NCBI GenBank assembly: GCA_012026655.1
Contig: JAAILG010000253.1
Span: 1-64,000, forward strand
Direction of reading: 5' to 3'
Length of the DNA stretch: 64,000 nucleotides
Source: Hydrolagus affinis
Taxonomy: Eukaryota
In this document: in pieces, positions 41,677 through 54,320 of the stretch
Numbering within the stretch: the first letter of the stretch is position 1
Layout: each line of letters starts with the position of its first letter
The notes under the pieces: model-generated
Seen by the model: only the letters and a program-made list of their open reading frames with translations
Databases searched by the model: none
Told to the model about the DNA's origin: nothing
Made by a program: the position numbers and the translations under genes

Positions 41677-41763
41677 TGACTTAAGCGCTCTGAGACGCTG
41701 TTCGGCGTGGAGGGCGCTATATAAATCAAAGTTGTTGTTTTTGAAGTTGTTGTTGACTTAAGC
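41677..41763 (+). mobile_element. Solo L2 3' tail with 10-bp target-site duplication
   Basis: tgacttaagc at 41677-41686 and 41754-41763 flanks the tail. Confidence 0.85.
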
Positions 41764-44385
41764 AGACGTGACAAGTTTAGCTATGGTCGAGTTATCAGGA
41801 GTTTACTGTACACCAGTGGGGAACAGGAGAAACTGAAGTTTCAGATGCTTTTTGCCCACAAAATATTCACTCAATTCACTTTACAGTATGTTCTGTGAAG
41901 CGGTTTGAGATGTCTTGAAGATGTGATAAGAGATTATATCAAATTCAAGGCTTATTATTATTACAACATTGTTATACAGTATATAGATCCAATCAAAACA
42001 CAGGCAGATGTTGACAGAGCACAGATGACTACTATATATTCTACTTAAAATATTTGGAAAGCTTTACATTGGTTCATCTAGAGAAGATTTTCAAATGTTT
42101 AAGCAGGTATTGTATTCTAGAATTTTCAATCTTATAACTGGAGCAATCAAAAAAGCAACCAAATATTGTTTAAAAATACTACTAATTACTTCCTTCCTCT
42201 CTACCAAATTTTTTGTGGTTCCGTTTCCCCAAATTATTTCCTGTAACTTCTCTACTATTTAACATGGTATGTTGAGAACATATGTGTACCACCCAACAGT
42301 TTCTGCCACTCCTTTTCCTTTGCAACCTCTCATAGGAAGCCAAGAGTATATTTCAAGTCCTTCACTTTTATAATTGCTACATCCATTTAATGAGAATTTA
42401 CTGGTAAGTTAGTTTCTTTTGAAACAGATTTTACACTTGTAAAACATATACAACAGCAACTTTCTCATAGATGAACAGCTTATTTAATTATTTGATAGAT
42501 ACAATGGTGAACACCAAGCAAAGGGAGATTAAATACCATAACCAAAGGCATGGTTGGAAGGGAAAAAAAAGGTGATACAATTTAAAAGAAAGTCTCAAAG
42601 AATAGAAGCATTTTAGTTGAATGCTCAGCCAATGATTTTGGAATGGATGAATTGAAATAAAAACTGATGAGGTGGGGAGAGAAGAAATCAAAGGCAGTAA
42701 TTTAAGTCTGACAATTAGAAATGATGTTATTGTTCAAATTATTTTTAATTACTGCCATTAATTTTAACTGTTCGACCTGCAAATTTAAATGTGGAAGCAC
42801 AATCCTTTCCATATATATTACAGTAGAGTAGGAACAATAAGACATTGTTTAAAAAAATAAAGTGCAATCTTGCTGCTAATGTATTATAACAGGTTTCATA
42901 TTCCATCTTTAAAATACAAAACTTAAGCGGAAAGTATTAGTCATACTTTCAGGCAGAAACTTGTCAAGCCACAACCTAAATCAGAACAGATTAGTCATCT
43001 TCAAATGATATCACAAGCCTACAATCAAATTGGTTTGGTATCCAAATAGATCAGTCATTGCTTTACAGATTTACTTCGGGATAGGTTACCACTGCCACCC
43101 TAAATAAGCATCAACTGACCTTTAAAACGCTCAAAGTGCCGAAGCAGCTTTCCAGATTTTCCTTACATAACCCTATCAGTTACAGCAGATTTATAAAAAT
43201 ACTTACTTCATACTGCCTTAATATAACGGAATAAACACTGGTACGGACTAATTGGACCATTTCAGTGCTGTACAGACTGTGTATACAACTGACCATCATA
43301 ATGTGATCTTAATGTGCAAATTTAGGGGGGGAAAAAAAGCTTCCACATTAACTTTGGGGAAAATGTATAAAATCTTTAAAATCTCCTTTAGAGTGAGATT
43401 TACCGTTTGATTGAAAAGTATAATGGCTTTATATCTGACTCTTTAAAAATAATCATCTCTCTATATACAAAAGACCTTGTAATCTATATTTTCCCTTATA
43501 TGATCTCACACCAAATGACACCAGATTATCAGGTATGAAACAGGTTCTAGGAAATTTCCCTGCTGCATGTGGTATCTGTGTGTACAACAACATGAATTTA
43601 TGTAGCACCCTTCATGCAGAATAGCATCCCAGAACACTTACAACTACTAATGACTAGTGAAGACAAGATGATGCCCTGCTATCCAACTGAATGTTGCGAT
43701 AATACTCACTGGAAAAACTCACACCTGAACCATACAAAAGAAACTATACATGTAAAGCGCCTTTCATGTCAGGAGGAACCCGTAGAAGAGAGAAAAAAAA
43801 AGTCCCAATGCCTTGAAAAGAGGGGGAGGGAGAATATAGTAAAGAAATACAACAATTTGATGTTGATTTGGTTACCAGGAAAGATTGAAATACTCTACAA
43901 AGCGTTCGGGTGTATACCATTATTAGTCACTGTTATCTTAGTCTTAAATATGAACTTGACCTTTATTCCTTTCACACATGATTCAAAATCATGCCTGTGT
44001 TGGAAAAGTTTGAAGCACTTCCTGTTTCAGTGTTGTTCACTTAAAAAGGATTAAGAAAGTTTGAGGACTTGGTCATTCGCTTTTACATGTGTGAAAGTAC
44101 TTTAGTAAACTGGACTCTGTGGAACCTTTTCAGCTTTTTTTTTACTCTTTTTTTAAAAAAAGAGTAATTGTTTCTTTATTTTCCACCAAGTCTGATTCAT
44201 GTTACAATATGCAGAAGAAAATGACAACACAATATTTTATCTCAGAATATCTGGATGTGCTGCAGAATCAATGTTGGGTTTTGTTAAATATTTATCTGTT
44301 AATTGAGCATTATGACATAGAGCATTAAATGAGTGTGAAAGAAGGACGGAAATGTGGAATATGTAATTATTTTGTTGTAACCTAC

Positions 44386-44571
44386 CTTTATAAAAGCAAA
44401 TCCTGCTCCATTATCTGTTATTGTTAATCCCAGAGCATCTTCAGACTTTAATACAGGCACTTCTTTTTTAATGCCCCTTGTATGTGCAAAAATGAAATCT
44501 TCCAAGCCAATCTGTCCCCCAAGAAGTTTGTCCATGTCAATCCTGTGGGTATTCAATGTACAGAATAATAT
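44386..44571 (-). CDS. GIPC2: GIPC2 coding exon 2 (GH1 end, PDZ start with ALGL loop)
   Basis: cag|[30 protein letters not shown]...[21 protein letters not shown]|gtagg; 186 nt, phase 0-0. Confidence 0.96.
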
Positions 44572-44977
44572 CTGCATGGAAAAGAAAACATCATTGGTAA
44601 ATGACAAAATCAGAAGTCATTCTAATAAAGTAAAAAATCTTAATTATGAAGAGTTACTGCAAATTTATGTTTAACACAAATCCATTAATCTATGATTTTG
44701 TGCAACAATTAAATTATTTAAATGTTATCACTGAAAGCTTAATAACTCAGTTCTTAATCTTCTCATCTTTGTACATTTAACACAAGCTTCTGTAACTGTG
44801 AAGAGGGAGAATTTACATTATCTATCATATTATCTAATATTTTTAAGTTGGGCACTTGCTGACTGAATGTTTATGACAAGTCCTTAATTCTCCCCCTTTC
44901 CCTTAATTTGTCAACGGAGAACTTTCCTGTATTATTTTCAACATAATAGAAAACAAGTTATGGCAAAAAATCTCACC

Positions 44978-45279
44978 AATAATAATAATAATAATCCTTG
45001 CATTTGATGTTGCATTTTTTATACCTTCTAGGTGTCTAAAAGCGGTTCATGGAATATGCTGTAAATTATGTGGGTGAAAGGCGGCAGCCAATTGTGCACA
45101 GCAGTGTCCCACAAATAGTCATGGATTGAAATAACCAATCTATTATTTGGAGGGGGGGGGGGATTATTATCAGGTGTGTGGAGTAAGGAAACGTGCCCAC
45201 GGTTTTGTCCTGCCTGGAATTGAACTCAGGTCTATCGCTTACAAGGTGAGTACTCTACCAATGAGCTGCAGGACTCCAC
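44978..45279 (-). mobile_element. Same SINE family, full length, GIPC2 intron 1
   Basis: (AAT)n tail through to the ...gagctgcaggactccac head on +. Confidence 0.88.
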
Positions 45280-47224
45280 AATAAATCTTGGTAATAAGTC
45301 ATTATACCTATCTATTCTATATATTCTATGATATGGTTGTGTTACAAATTCTATGCAAGCCATTCAAAGTGGATTTCAAGCACCACAGGTAACGACAAAA
45401 AAATTTCAAAACTTCATTGAATGGATTGCACACAGCTTTTCCATTTTTACTTCTCTGATCAAAACAGTTTTTATTCCAGTTTAAAATTAGTAACTATTAG
45501 TTTTATTTATTAAGAAGGGGTTTGTATCCTAAGGTACATTATTGAACATAAGGTAGTTTTGAAATGAAAAATCTTAAAAAGACATGTATCCAAATTTCTC
45601 CATGCATGAGTGAACATGCATACGTGGAGTACAGACAAAGAACTACTGTTTGAAAAGGGTGTTTTTGTTCAATGGCATCAGATTCTGAAGAACGCCAATT
45701 ATGTTCCAAAACTCTTCTGCCTTGCCCTTCATTCACCATCTTCAGATTCTCATCTGAAGACCTTCCTATTCAAGTGTGCTTACGTTGTGCTTCACCATTA
45801 TCAAGCGCTCTAGAACGCTACCCTCTGGGACACTACTCTGCGTGAGCGGTACTTTATAAATGCAAGTTGTGGTTGTGTGCAGGCTGTTACCCTGTTACAC
45901 AATATTGTTGGGTATATGTGTGTACTGTTCTCAGAAAACTAGCCCTGCAACATCTATAAAACTACAACAGGCCATTGCCAAACAATGTCATTTTGATTTT
46001 TTTAAAAATATATCTACAACATGCACCCCAGTGCCAGTAGCCAAATGGTTGTTCTCTATCCTACAAATATTCTGATTCCCATGGACTTCTGAATCAGAAA
46101 TCTGATGATTACTTGACTATCTGGGAACAGATATTTATATTTTTAAGCACACTAACACTTGGCTACATATAAAATCCTGATAAATATGCAAACACTGACA
46201 AAAGGCAAGTACAACACCACACTTTTCAATTCAACCTACACTAAGGAGGATTCATACAAATACTTACTCAACAATAATGATAAAATTACATTTGTATAGC
46301 AGTCACAGGAATACATTTCTTCCAGTTGACATAAAACAAAATAATTCATTGGTGAGATAAAAGAACACTACTCCAATGGAATTTTAACATGTGTATACAT
46401 TTGGCAGACAGATTTGGTTTGGTGAGGTTCACAAATTTATTCCACGTATATTCCCTGATACATATGCATGAAAATGCAGTGTGCAATTTGTTCCACAAAC
46501 ATAATAAACCAACCAAAAGTACATTTCAATCAGTGGATTAAAATAAATCAAACAGTTGTGCTTGCTCTTTTCAGTATTATCTGAAGCCATAAACAACTGC
46601 CAAACAGCTGCCTAATAACAAATGGTCCAGAATATTCCAGAGTATCATTAGAAAACAATAAATCACTGGTTGTGCAATTCTGACCCACGAGAAATATATC
46701 AACCAAATTAACAAGATCAAAGCGGCCTTCACACCAAGGTTATTTCCAAGTAACAAATTTGCCTGCACATTCTTCGATAACAAACTTAAGTTGTTACAAG
46801 TATTCCAATGACGCCAGTCTCCAGAAATTATGAAATGATACTTCTGAAAAAAGTCACTACACTTTATATTTATATAAGACTGTGCTGATTAATATCCCCC
46901 AATGCATTCTCTGTTAAGATAAAATGATAAGTTTCATATAAAATCAAGCATTTGAAGCTCTCACTTTAAGGAGTAATTTCACATTTATAGAAGGGCATAA
47001 AAAGATTGAGAAAACTGAAATCATATTACTTTATATTTAATTTAGTAAAATAATGCAAGCTTATTTGTAATTTGCTTACAATGCTGCAGAACATTATTAC
47101 TTTTTGGATATTCTGCAAACACTCCAAAATCAGCCACAAAGACTGCTGCAGTAATCTCTTGCCTAACCAATACTAATTGTGAATGTGACAATTTGACACA
47201 ATTATCCTCAATTTAAACTCCAAT

Positions 47225-47563
47225 CAACAAAAATAACAAAGTTACACTAGTATAGCGCCTTTCACATCAGAAGGACATCCCAATTACTATTTATAATATA
47301 TTTATAATATATGTAATAGTCCCAGTTACTATTTCAGACCTGAGTTTAGGACAGGGGATGGAAGAGAAACAGGGATTAGGAGGTGCCGATGGGTCCATCG
47401 AAGAAGAGAGTCTTGAGGCAGAACTTGAAGGATGCCGGGGAGGGGGTGAGGCAGGGGAATGCGGGATGGAGTTCCAGAGGTTGGGAGCAGAATGGCTGAA
47501 GGCTTGCCTGCCAATGTGAGGTGGGTGGGGCAGGTGGGTCAGAGGACGTGGAGCAGGCCAGAG
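47225..47563 (-). mobile_element. L2 3' end
   Basis: Reverse complement of the 18235-18606 type. Confidence 0.8.
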
Positions 47564-48007
47564 CTATAATATAATAAAATACAATAAAAGCTATACATTA
47601 AATCCACAGTCTAAAAGAATCTGCCTTGAAAAGCTTATCATTTGGGTGGATGATGAGCAAGAAAGGTGCCAACTTGATAATGGAATGAAGTGATTGGTTC
47701 TAGTTTACGGAGCTCCACATACCATAATCAGGGGGTGTGGAAGTAGCATGTACAGTACTGCTTTTATGTTGTAAAATTTAAGTAATTTAGTACAAATAAT
47801 CTTGCCAACCTATCAAAATACAAAATAGCAAACTCCATTACCAAAGTGACAGTTCTGCACAGAAAACTGTTACAGTAACTAAAATATATGTGGGAAATGA
47901 AGGTCATAGCGTCTTCAAGGCACTGCTAGTCAACTATCAAAGCTGCACTTATTCAATTTCATTATCTATTGTTCACAATTTAGCATATCCCTGGTTGCAA
48001 ACAGTAC

Positions 48008-48482
48008 AATAACAGCAAAATTACATTTGTAGAGCACCTTTCATGTCGGGAGGACGTCCCAAGGCGCTGAACGGGCAGTAGTCAGGACCAGAGCACTTGG
48101 GGGACGGGGAGGGGGACGGGGAGGGGGATGGGGAGGGGGACGGGGGGGTGGGCATGGCAGTGTTGGAATAAGGGAGGGCAGAGTCGTGGGACAGCAACTG
48201 TAGGCACACTCAAAGAGGAGGGAAGGAGGCAAGGGGAGGAGCAAGGCAAATTGTGGATTGTAGTTCCAAAGCGTAGGGGCAAAGAGGTTGAAAGCCCAGC
48301 CACCGATGGTAGGGCACATCAGGTGGGTAGCATGGTGCAGGCTGATGCCTGCCGAACGAAGGGAGCAAATAGGATGATAGGGGTTAGCAACTCAGAGAGG
48401 TAGGAGGGGACAAGTCCATGGAGGGCCTTGAAAGTGAGGACAAGGATCTTGATTTCAATCCTCTGAGAAATGCGGAGCCAGT
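48008..48482 (-). mobile_element. L2 3' end with G-rich 12-mer expansion
   Basis: TIGGWAFNLFAPTLWN and the L2 tail. Confidence 0.8.
48099..48152. repeat. G-rich (GGGGACGGGGAG)-type minisatellite
   Basis: About 4 tandem 12-mers. Confidence 0.8.
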
Positions 48483-48614
48483 ATTGGTGCATGCTTTATT
48501 CGACACATGAGAAAAAAATTTTTTTATCTATATAGCTGGAAGAATGAAACTACTCATCATGACATTCAAAACTTTAGGGTCAAAGATTATAGACAACTGT
48601 TTGGTGACAATATA

Positions 48615-48815
48615 CAGTAAAAGCCCATTTATCTGGCACCCTCGGGACCTGGCCAATGTCGGTTAAAGTGCGTGCTGGATATTCGCCTGAAAATGCCCCC
48701 CCAAAAATGTAATGCATTTTTCCAGATAAATTCCGGCTAATCGAATGCTGACTTTTTTTTTTGCTATGCAGGTTATACAAAAGTTACGGTTGATCGGGTA
48801 AACAGGCTTTTACTA
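48615..48815. mobile_element. pogo/Tigger-type MITE, inverted relative to the 28886 copy
   Basis: TA-CAGTAAAAGCCC...GGCTTTTACTA-TA; the internal sequence is the reverse complement of the other copy. Confidence 0.8.
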
Positions 48816-49849
48816 TACCTTAAAGTTCATTAACCACAGCTTTCAGTAGAAAAATGTTACCTTGGCACCTATGGCACTCTCTACTACTTTATTGACATTG
48901 CAAATACAAATATACTATACAGGGATTCATTATGACACTGGTTCATTGGGGGAATTCAAGCAATAAACAAACTGCACTTATATAACCAGGTTTTTATTGG
49001 GAAGTCCTCCCTACGTGAAAGGCGCTCTATAAGTGTGATTTTGTTGTTTATTGTTGCTGACAAGAATATTAACATAAAGCATTTATCTTACGTGATGCAG
49101 AAACAGAACTGCCCTCAGATAATGATAATAATTATTAGCATAATTCATGTTTTGACAAGTGCTTGAGGGATACATTCTGAAAAAATTGCTTAAATTTAAT
49201 CTAAGAAAGCATTCTGAGATTTGGTGCCATCAATAAAAAAATTCAGTAAGATTTTATATTTTGAGCAACTTAGTTCAAGCACAAAAATTATATCTAGGTC
49301 AAGTTAAAATAGCAAAACATTGAGGGAATTAATAAAATGCTTCGATGGGTCAGTCTATGTTGTACATCTCCCAAATTTAATATACTCCTAAGCTTTTGGT
49401 CACAAAACTTACTTCATTTCACAAGCGTTAACGTATAATACAAGAGGGGAAGAGCACTGTCAAAAGTTGACCAGAGGAAATGGATATTATAGGAAGGATA
49501 TGTGTGCAATGCATCCCATTCTCATTCATTCTACGTATACAGATTGCTCAAATGAGTCAGATCAGTGGTGGTATATATTGTATTGACCACACAATTTCCT
49601 ATAATGCCAAATGCAAATAATTCCTTCTGATTTCCAATGCAAATATCATGTCATATATTCCATTCCCTTTTAGGAACTTCATCAATTACAATAGCTAGAT
49701 ATTTGAATGAAACAGTTAACCAAGCACAGACAAACTGAATTGTATATTCAAACACTATTCACCTAATATTTTAAGAGACCAAACAGAACAATAAACAAAT
49801 AGAGCACTAACAAATGAATGTTTAATTTAATTTTTTTAAAGTAATGTAA

Positions 49850-50393
49850 TATGCCTCTTGGCTGGACTATTTCAATGCCCTCCTTGCCTGTCTCCCCTCC
49901 ATTACCATTCATAAAATCCAGGTTATTCAAAATTCCGCCACCCACATTCTCACCCAAATCAAACTTCACTCCCCCCACCCTTGTCCTTGCCAGACTTCAC
50001 TAGCTCCCTGTCTCTGAGGTGATCAATTTCAAGATCCTCACTCTTATATTCAAATCCCTCCACTCCTCTGTACCCCCCTACCGCTCTGACCTCCTCTCTC
50101 CTCACAACAGTACTCTTTGCCTTCACTCTAGTTTCCCATCCTTCTTGTTTCCCGAATCCTCCGTTCCACCATCGGCAGCTATGCTTTCCGCCGCTTTGCC
50201 CCAAGATTCTGGAACTCCCTTCCTCACTCCCTTCGCCGCCTCCTTTCCTATTTTCAGGTCACACCTAAAGACCATGCTTTTGGTCACCTTTTTCCCCTTA
50301 CCATGGCTTGGCCCCGGGATCCATTCTGTGTAGAGCTCTGAGACACTGACTGGCGTGGAAGGCGCTATTTAAATCCAAGTTGTTGTTGTTGTT
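49850..50393 (+). mobile_element. L2 3' end
   Basis: INFKILTLIFKSLH...FRSHLKT, with tail ggcgctatttaaatccaagttgttgttgtt. Confidence 0.85.
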
Positions 50394-50647
50394 CTTATGC
50401 ATCACAAAACATTGCAAAAATTATCATCTTTTTTAGATAAACAGCCATCCTACAAGTGCACAAAAACTAACATTGTAAAATCAATCTCCAGCCCAATTGT
50501 TGCTGTAAGGTTTACATTCATGATTTTTTTTCTTGGAAACAGGATGTAGAGTAGGATTTCCCTATCACAGCAACATTATATTTGCATAGCGCCTTTCACG
50601 TCAGGAGGACGTCCCAATTACTTGATAGACAACTTTTGGCATACAGA

Positions 50648-50669
50648 TTATATATATATATATATATAT
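50648..50669. repeat. (TA)n microsatellite
   Basis: Directly visible. Confidence 0.9.
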
Positions 50670-51362
50670 CTCCTGTTGCATCAAAAATCTTCAATTCAAT
50701 TCATCACTGTACTGTAATATACAAGCCGAGGAACTGCTCCCAATAGCCTGCACGTACAAGATAAGTTCAGATCCAGAAAGCATGCAAGATGTATCCGCAT
50801 TACACACAGCATGGCAGAGAAAACCAGGTTGCACTAACATGTTCATGTCCTCGGGCGGTTGGAAATGAAACAATTGTTAATGGCTCATTTTTTGTGATGA
50901 AACTTTTGTTTCCAAACGCACTGATTATTATTTCCGTGTATTGTATATACACAATGTGAATCACCCACTGAATGGCAGAATAACACCCAACGCCGAACAA
51001 GACAACTCGGAAGATAAACAACACTTCCAGCAATAAATAAACTGCAACCATTTCGCGATTCCCTGACGTCAATGCCCTTTGCACTGATGAACAGGAACAC
51101 TGTGAACAGAACCACCGAAAGGGAGTGCTCAGTGAAGCCCAGGTGTCATGGGAGGGTGTGGGGTAAAGAAAGGAAGAGATGTATAAATTGGGACTGTTTA
51201 CTGCGCTTTTATCGCAGTTTGAGAAGTTTGAGAAAGACAGGGTTCAACTCCAACGTCCGCCAGGTTTCCGCTCCTTCCGGAGGGGGTGGTGGCGGCTGGT
51301 TTGGCTGGTGGAGGGAGGGTGTGGAAGGGGTGGAAGAGAGAGGCATACAGACAAGCGCTTAC

Positions 51363-51620
51363 ATCTGCCGAGGAAATGTTGAACGCCTCGGCGATCTTTG
51401 AGTACAGCTCCTTGACGTTAGAGAAGCCCTCGATCCTGCCCGTGGGGCTGCCGTGAGCCAGCTGCGTGTGGAAGACCAGCTTGGTGCCGGCCAGAGAGGG
51501 AGCCGCCGCCGCCACCGCTTTGCCGCTGCCGCCCCGCCAGCTGCCCACCTCCTCGTTTTCCACCAGCGCTGAGCTCTCCTTCGTCTTGTTTTTCTTTCTG
51601 CTTCTGAGTCCGAGCGGCAT
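51363..51620 (-). CDS. GIPC2: GIPC2 coding exon 1 (N-terminus and start of GH1 domain)
   Basis: ATG at 51620 gives [24 protein letters not shown]...[39 protein letters not shown], followed by a GTAAG donor. The basic N-terminus is GIPC2-like, and synteny with DNAJB4/FUBP1 supports GIPC2 over GIPC1/3. Confidence 0.95.
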
Positions 51621-51664
51621 GTTTGTTTCTGGCGGGCGGGCGGGCGGCTCAGGCTGAGTCCCTC

Positions 51665-51695
51665 GTCTGTCTGTGTGTGAGTGTGTGTGTGTGTG
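51665..51695. repeat. (GT)n microsatellite upstream of the GIPC2 ATG
   Basis: gtctgtctgtgtgtgagtgtgtgtgtgtgtg. Confidence 0.85.
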
Positions 51696-51939
51696 AGGAG
51701 GAGGGAGAGTGACAATGGCTCCTATAAACTTTCCCACCGCCTCGAGCCAACAGGTGAAGGGCTTCAACTGCCGACTGGCACCAGAGCGCACGCGCTCACG
51801 GTAGCCTCGGCTTCGCGGGAGGGGAGGGATGGGTGGAGCCTGAACGCACATGCGCAGCGCAGCGCCCCCCCCCCACACACACACTACGCGTGGACGTAAA
51901 GCGCATGCGCCCCCCCGCCCCCCCACTCTCTCCCTTTTG

Positions 51940-52260
51940 GCTTTTCACTTCTGGACGTCTCAAAGCGCTTCAGAGAATATACTGCAAAGTGAATTTACTG
52001 TATCATTGTGGCGAAACATGGCAGCCAATTGGGCACACCAGTGTCCCACAAATGGTTGTGGATTGAGTAACCAACTCAGTCGTGGAGTGACTGTATTTTG
52101 TAGGTGAACGCAGCAGCCAATTCGCGCAACCATCTCACGAATAGGTATGGCACGAATGACTGATGCTACGTGGTGCATTGTTGGCGAGGACACCCGGAGA
52201 AACTTCCTTCCTCTTATCGAATTGTAGCCGTGAGATCTTTAACATCCACCTGAACAGGTC
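51940..52260 (-). mobile_element. Two adjacent Deu-type SINE fragments just upstream of the GIPC2 promoter
   Basis: The gcagccaatt-containing body occurs twice; the second copy continues into an older Deu-type body (gatctttaacatccacctgaacag). Confidence 0.7.
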
Positions 52261-52814
52261 CACACAGCCAGGAAGTTGTAGCATGCAGTATGAAAGCTTC
52301 TGACATTCATTTGTGTAAATCTTGAGTTGTGTTCAGGTCAGGATGACCCCAAATCAAGTTCATTGCATCCTCTTCCCCCACCCACACTCTAGCCACCCCC
52401 CCACCATCCTCCTAGTAGTTACGCGCAGACTGCTCATAGCAAGCATACGTATTCAAGGTAGTATATTACCTGCCTTATGCACAGTTCAACATAAACATAC
52501 AACTTCATTGTTAGTTTGCATGTACTGTGAATATATTATGTGTTTATCAGGTCTGTAGCATTGGGAACATTAAATCACTGAGTTCATTCTGTGGTATGGT
52601 CTGCACTGTTTCATTGATATATATCTTTGCCATTACCTGTATACTTTACATCTTCTTAAATGTATAATTTTCACTGTCTGACTATTTGCTGGAATAAGTA
52701 TAGAATTTCCCCCATTTCTCATCCAGAATTAATTGCAAAACCCTGATAAAACAATCCATACCCTAAAATTCAGTAAAACCATTTATTTGATATACTGTAA
52801 GTCATCAGTAGTCA

Positions 52815-52914
52815 NNNNNNNNNNNNNNNNNNNNNNNNNNNNNNNNNNNNNNNNNNNNNNNNNNNNNNNNNNNNNNNNNNNNNNNNNNNNNNNNNNNNNN
52901 NNNNNNNNNNNNNN
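52815..52914. other. Assembly gap (100 N)
   Basis: N run; true length unknown. Confidence 0.99.
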
Positions 52915-53082
52915 TCAATCCACGACTGTGTGTGGGACACTGCTGTGCGCAATTGGCTGCCGCGATTCGCCCACAAATATATACAGTCAATTCACTTTAC
53001 AGTATATTCTGTGAAGCGCTTTGGGACGTTGATAAGATGTGGAAAGCGCTATATCAAATGCAAGGATTATTATTATTATTAT
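52915..53082 (+). mobile_element. SINE 3' half emerging from the gap
   Basis: Near-consensus body and a (TTA)n tail. Confidence 0.8.
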
Positions 53083-53111
53083 CACTCAGTCAGAGCTTGC
53101 AAGTCAATGAA

Positions 53112-53235
53112 TCAGACATCATAGAAGGAGGCCATTTGGCCCATTATGTCTGTGCCAATTTTTTGAAAAGAGTTGTCCAAATCAATCCCATTCACCTCTT
53201 CTCTTCACCATAGCTCTGCAAACTTGTCCTCTTTA
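53112..53235 (-). mobile_element. CR1-type 3' end
   Basis: catagaaggaggccatttggccc... terminus typical of fish CR1 elements. Confidence 0.55.
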
Positions 53236-53244
53236 TACAGTCTT

Positions 53245-53600
53245 TCTCCTCCAAGCTCCAACACATCCAGCGCTCCTTGCCTACATTCCCATTTGCACCA
53301 AACATTATATGTCCAACACCCCAGTCTTTACTAGGCTTCACTGTCTTGCAACAGTTTAATGTCAAAGTCCTGATCTTTACATCCTAGCACCTCTGTATCC
53401 CTGTGATCTTACCCCCTCCCCAACTCTGGCCTTCTACTCAGCTAACCCAGGCTTGCTGCACATTCCCCTTGCCACCAACAACACAGGTTTCAGCCACTGC
53501 ACTTCTACCCTTTGGAACTCGCTGCCTTTACCCTTCCATCTCAGCCACTTCCTATCTGTCATTAAATCCTACTTTAAAGCCTACCTGATCAACCAAGCCT
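53245..53600 (+). mobile_element. Diverged L2 fragment
   Basis: TLWNSLPL...KSYFKAYL motif. Confidence 0.65.
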
Positions 53601-53626
53601 ATGCTCACCTCCCACTTTCTCCTTGC

Positions 53627-53732
53627 AGTTCTGACGATGGGTCGTGGACCCGAAATGTTGACTCACTTTTCCTTTCTCCATAGATGCTGCCTGACCTGCT
53701 GAGTGTTCCCAGCAACTTCTGTTTTTGTTTTT
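53627..53732 (+). mobile_element. Penelope-like terminus carrying a hammerhead-ribozyme motif
   Basis: agttCTGACGAtgggtcgtggacccGAAAtgttgact...gatgctgcctgacctgctgagtgttcccagc. Confidence 0.65.
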
Positions 53733-53947
53733 GCTTGCATGATATCATTGTAAAGCAACCTGGGGCATTATCATGTGAACAGCACTACATAAATGCAATT
53801 GTTATTGCAGAATTAATGTTGTGCTCATCTCATCTTTTACAAAACACTATTTGTTACAGACTTCAAAGTCATCTCATACTGTGACCTTCTGATAAAGGTT
53901 GTTGCAGGAAAAAAAAGTGCAGAAGGTTTGAGTACTCTGTGCTGAAA

Positions 53948-54320
53948 TATAATAATAATAATCCTTGCCTTTGATATAGTGCTTTTTACGCTTTTTACCT
54001 CTAAACATCTCAAAGCAGTTCACAGAATATATTGTAAAGTGAATTGACTGTATATTTGTGGGTGAAACGTGGCAACAACAACAACTTAAACTTGTAAAGC
54101 GCCTTTCACGTCGGGAGGACGTCCCAAGGTGCTGCGGCAGCCAATTGCGCACAGCAGTGTCCCACATTTGTGGATTGAAATTAGCAATTTTTAATTTTTT
54201 TGGAGGGATTATTATTTGGAGTATGGAGTAAGGAAACTTGCCCAAGTTTTCGTTCTGCTGGGAATTGAGTGCAGATATCTCGCTTTTAAGGTCAGTGCTC
54301 TAGCCATTGAGCTACACGAC
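53948..54320 (-). mobile_element. Same SINE family with nested L2 tail insertion (54075-54133)
   Basis: SINE body interrupted by a (CAA)n...gacgtcccaaggtgct tail. Confidence 0.85.

Larger units (their letters stand above)
51360..51925. promoter_or_regulatory. GIPC2 CpG island/promoter with NRF1 palindrome GCGCATGCGC (51901-51910)
   Basis: High GC and CpG density around exon 1; a perfect NRF1 core and a second NRF1-like GCACATGCGC near 51846; GC-box-like CCCCGCCCC just after. Confidence 0.7.

Noticed and set aside
48021-48319. PSPSPS / proline-rich ORFs
   Set aside because: Translation of a G-rich minisatellite within an L2 3' UTR.
51198-51926. 242-aa ORF as a single-exon protein
   Set aside because: Only 51363-51620 is GIPC2 coding; the rest is GC-rich UTR/promoter and intron read-through.
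52733-53014. ORFs spanning N runs (also 61718-62002)
   Set aside because: Artefacts of translating through assembly gaps.
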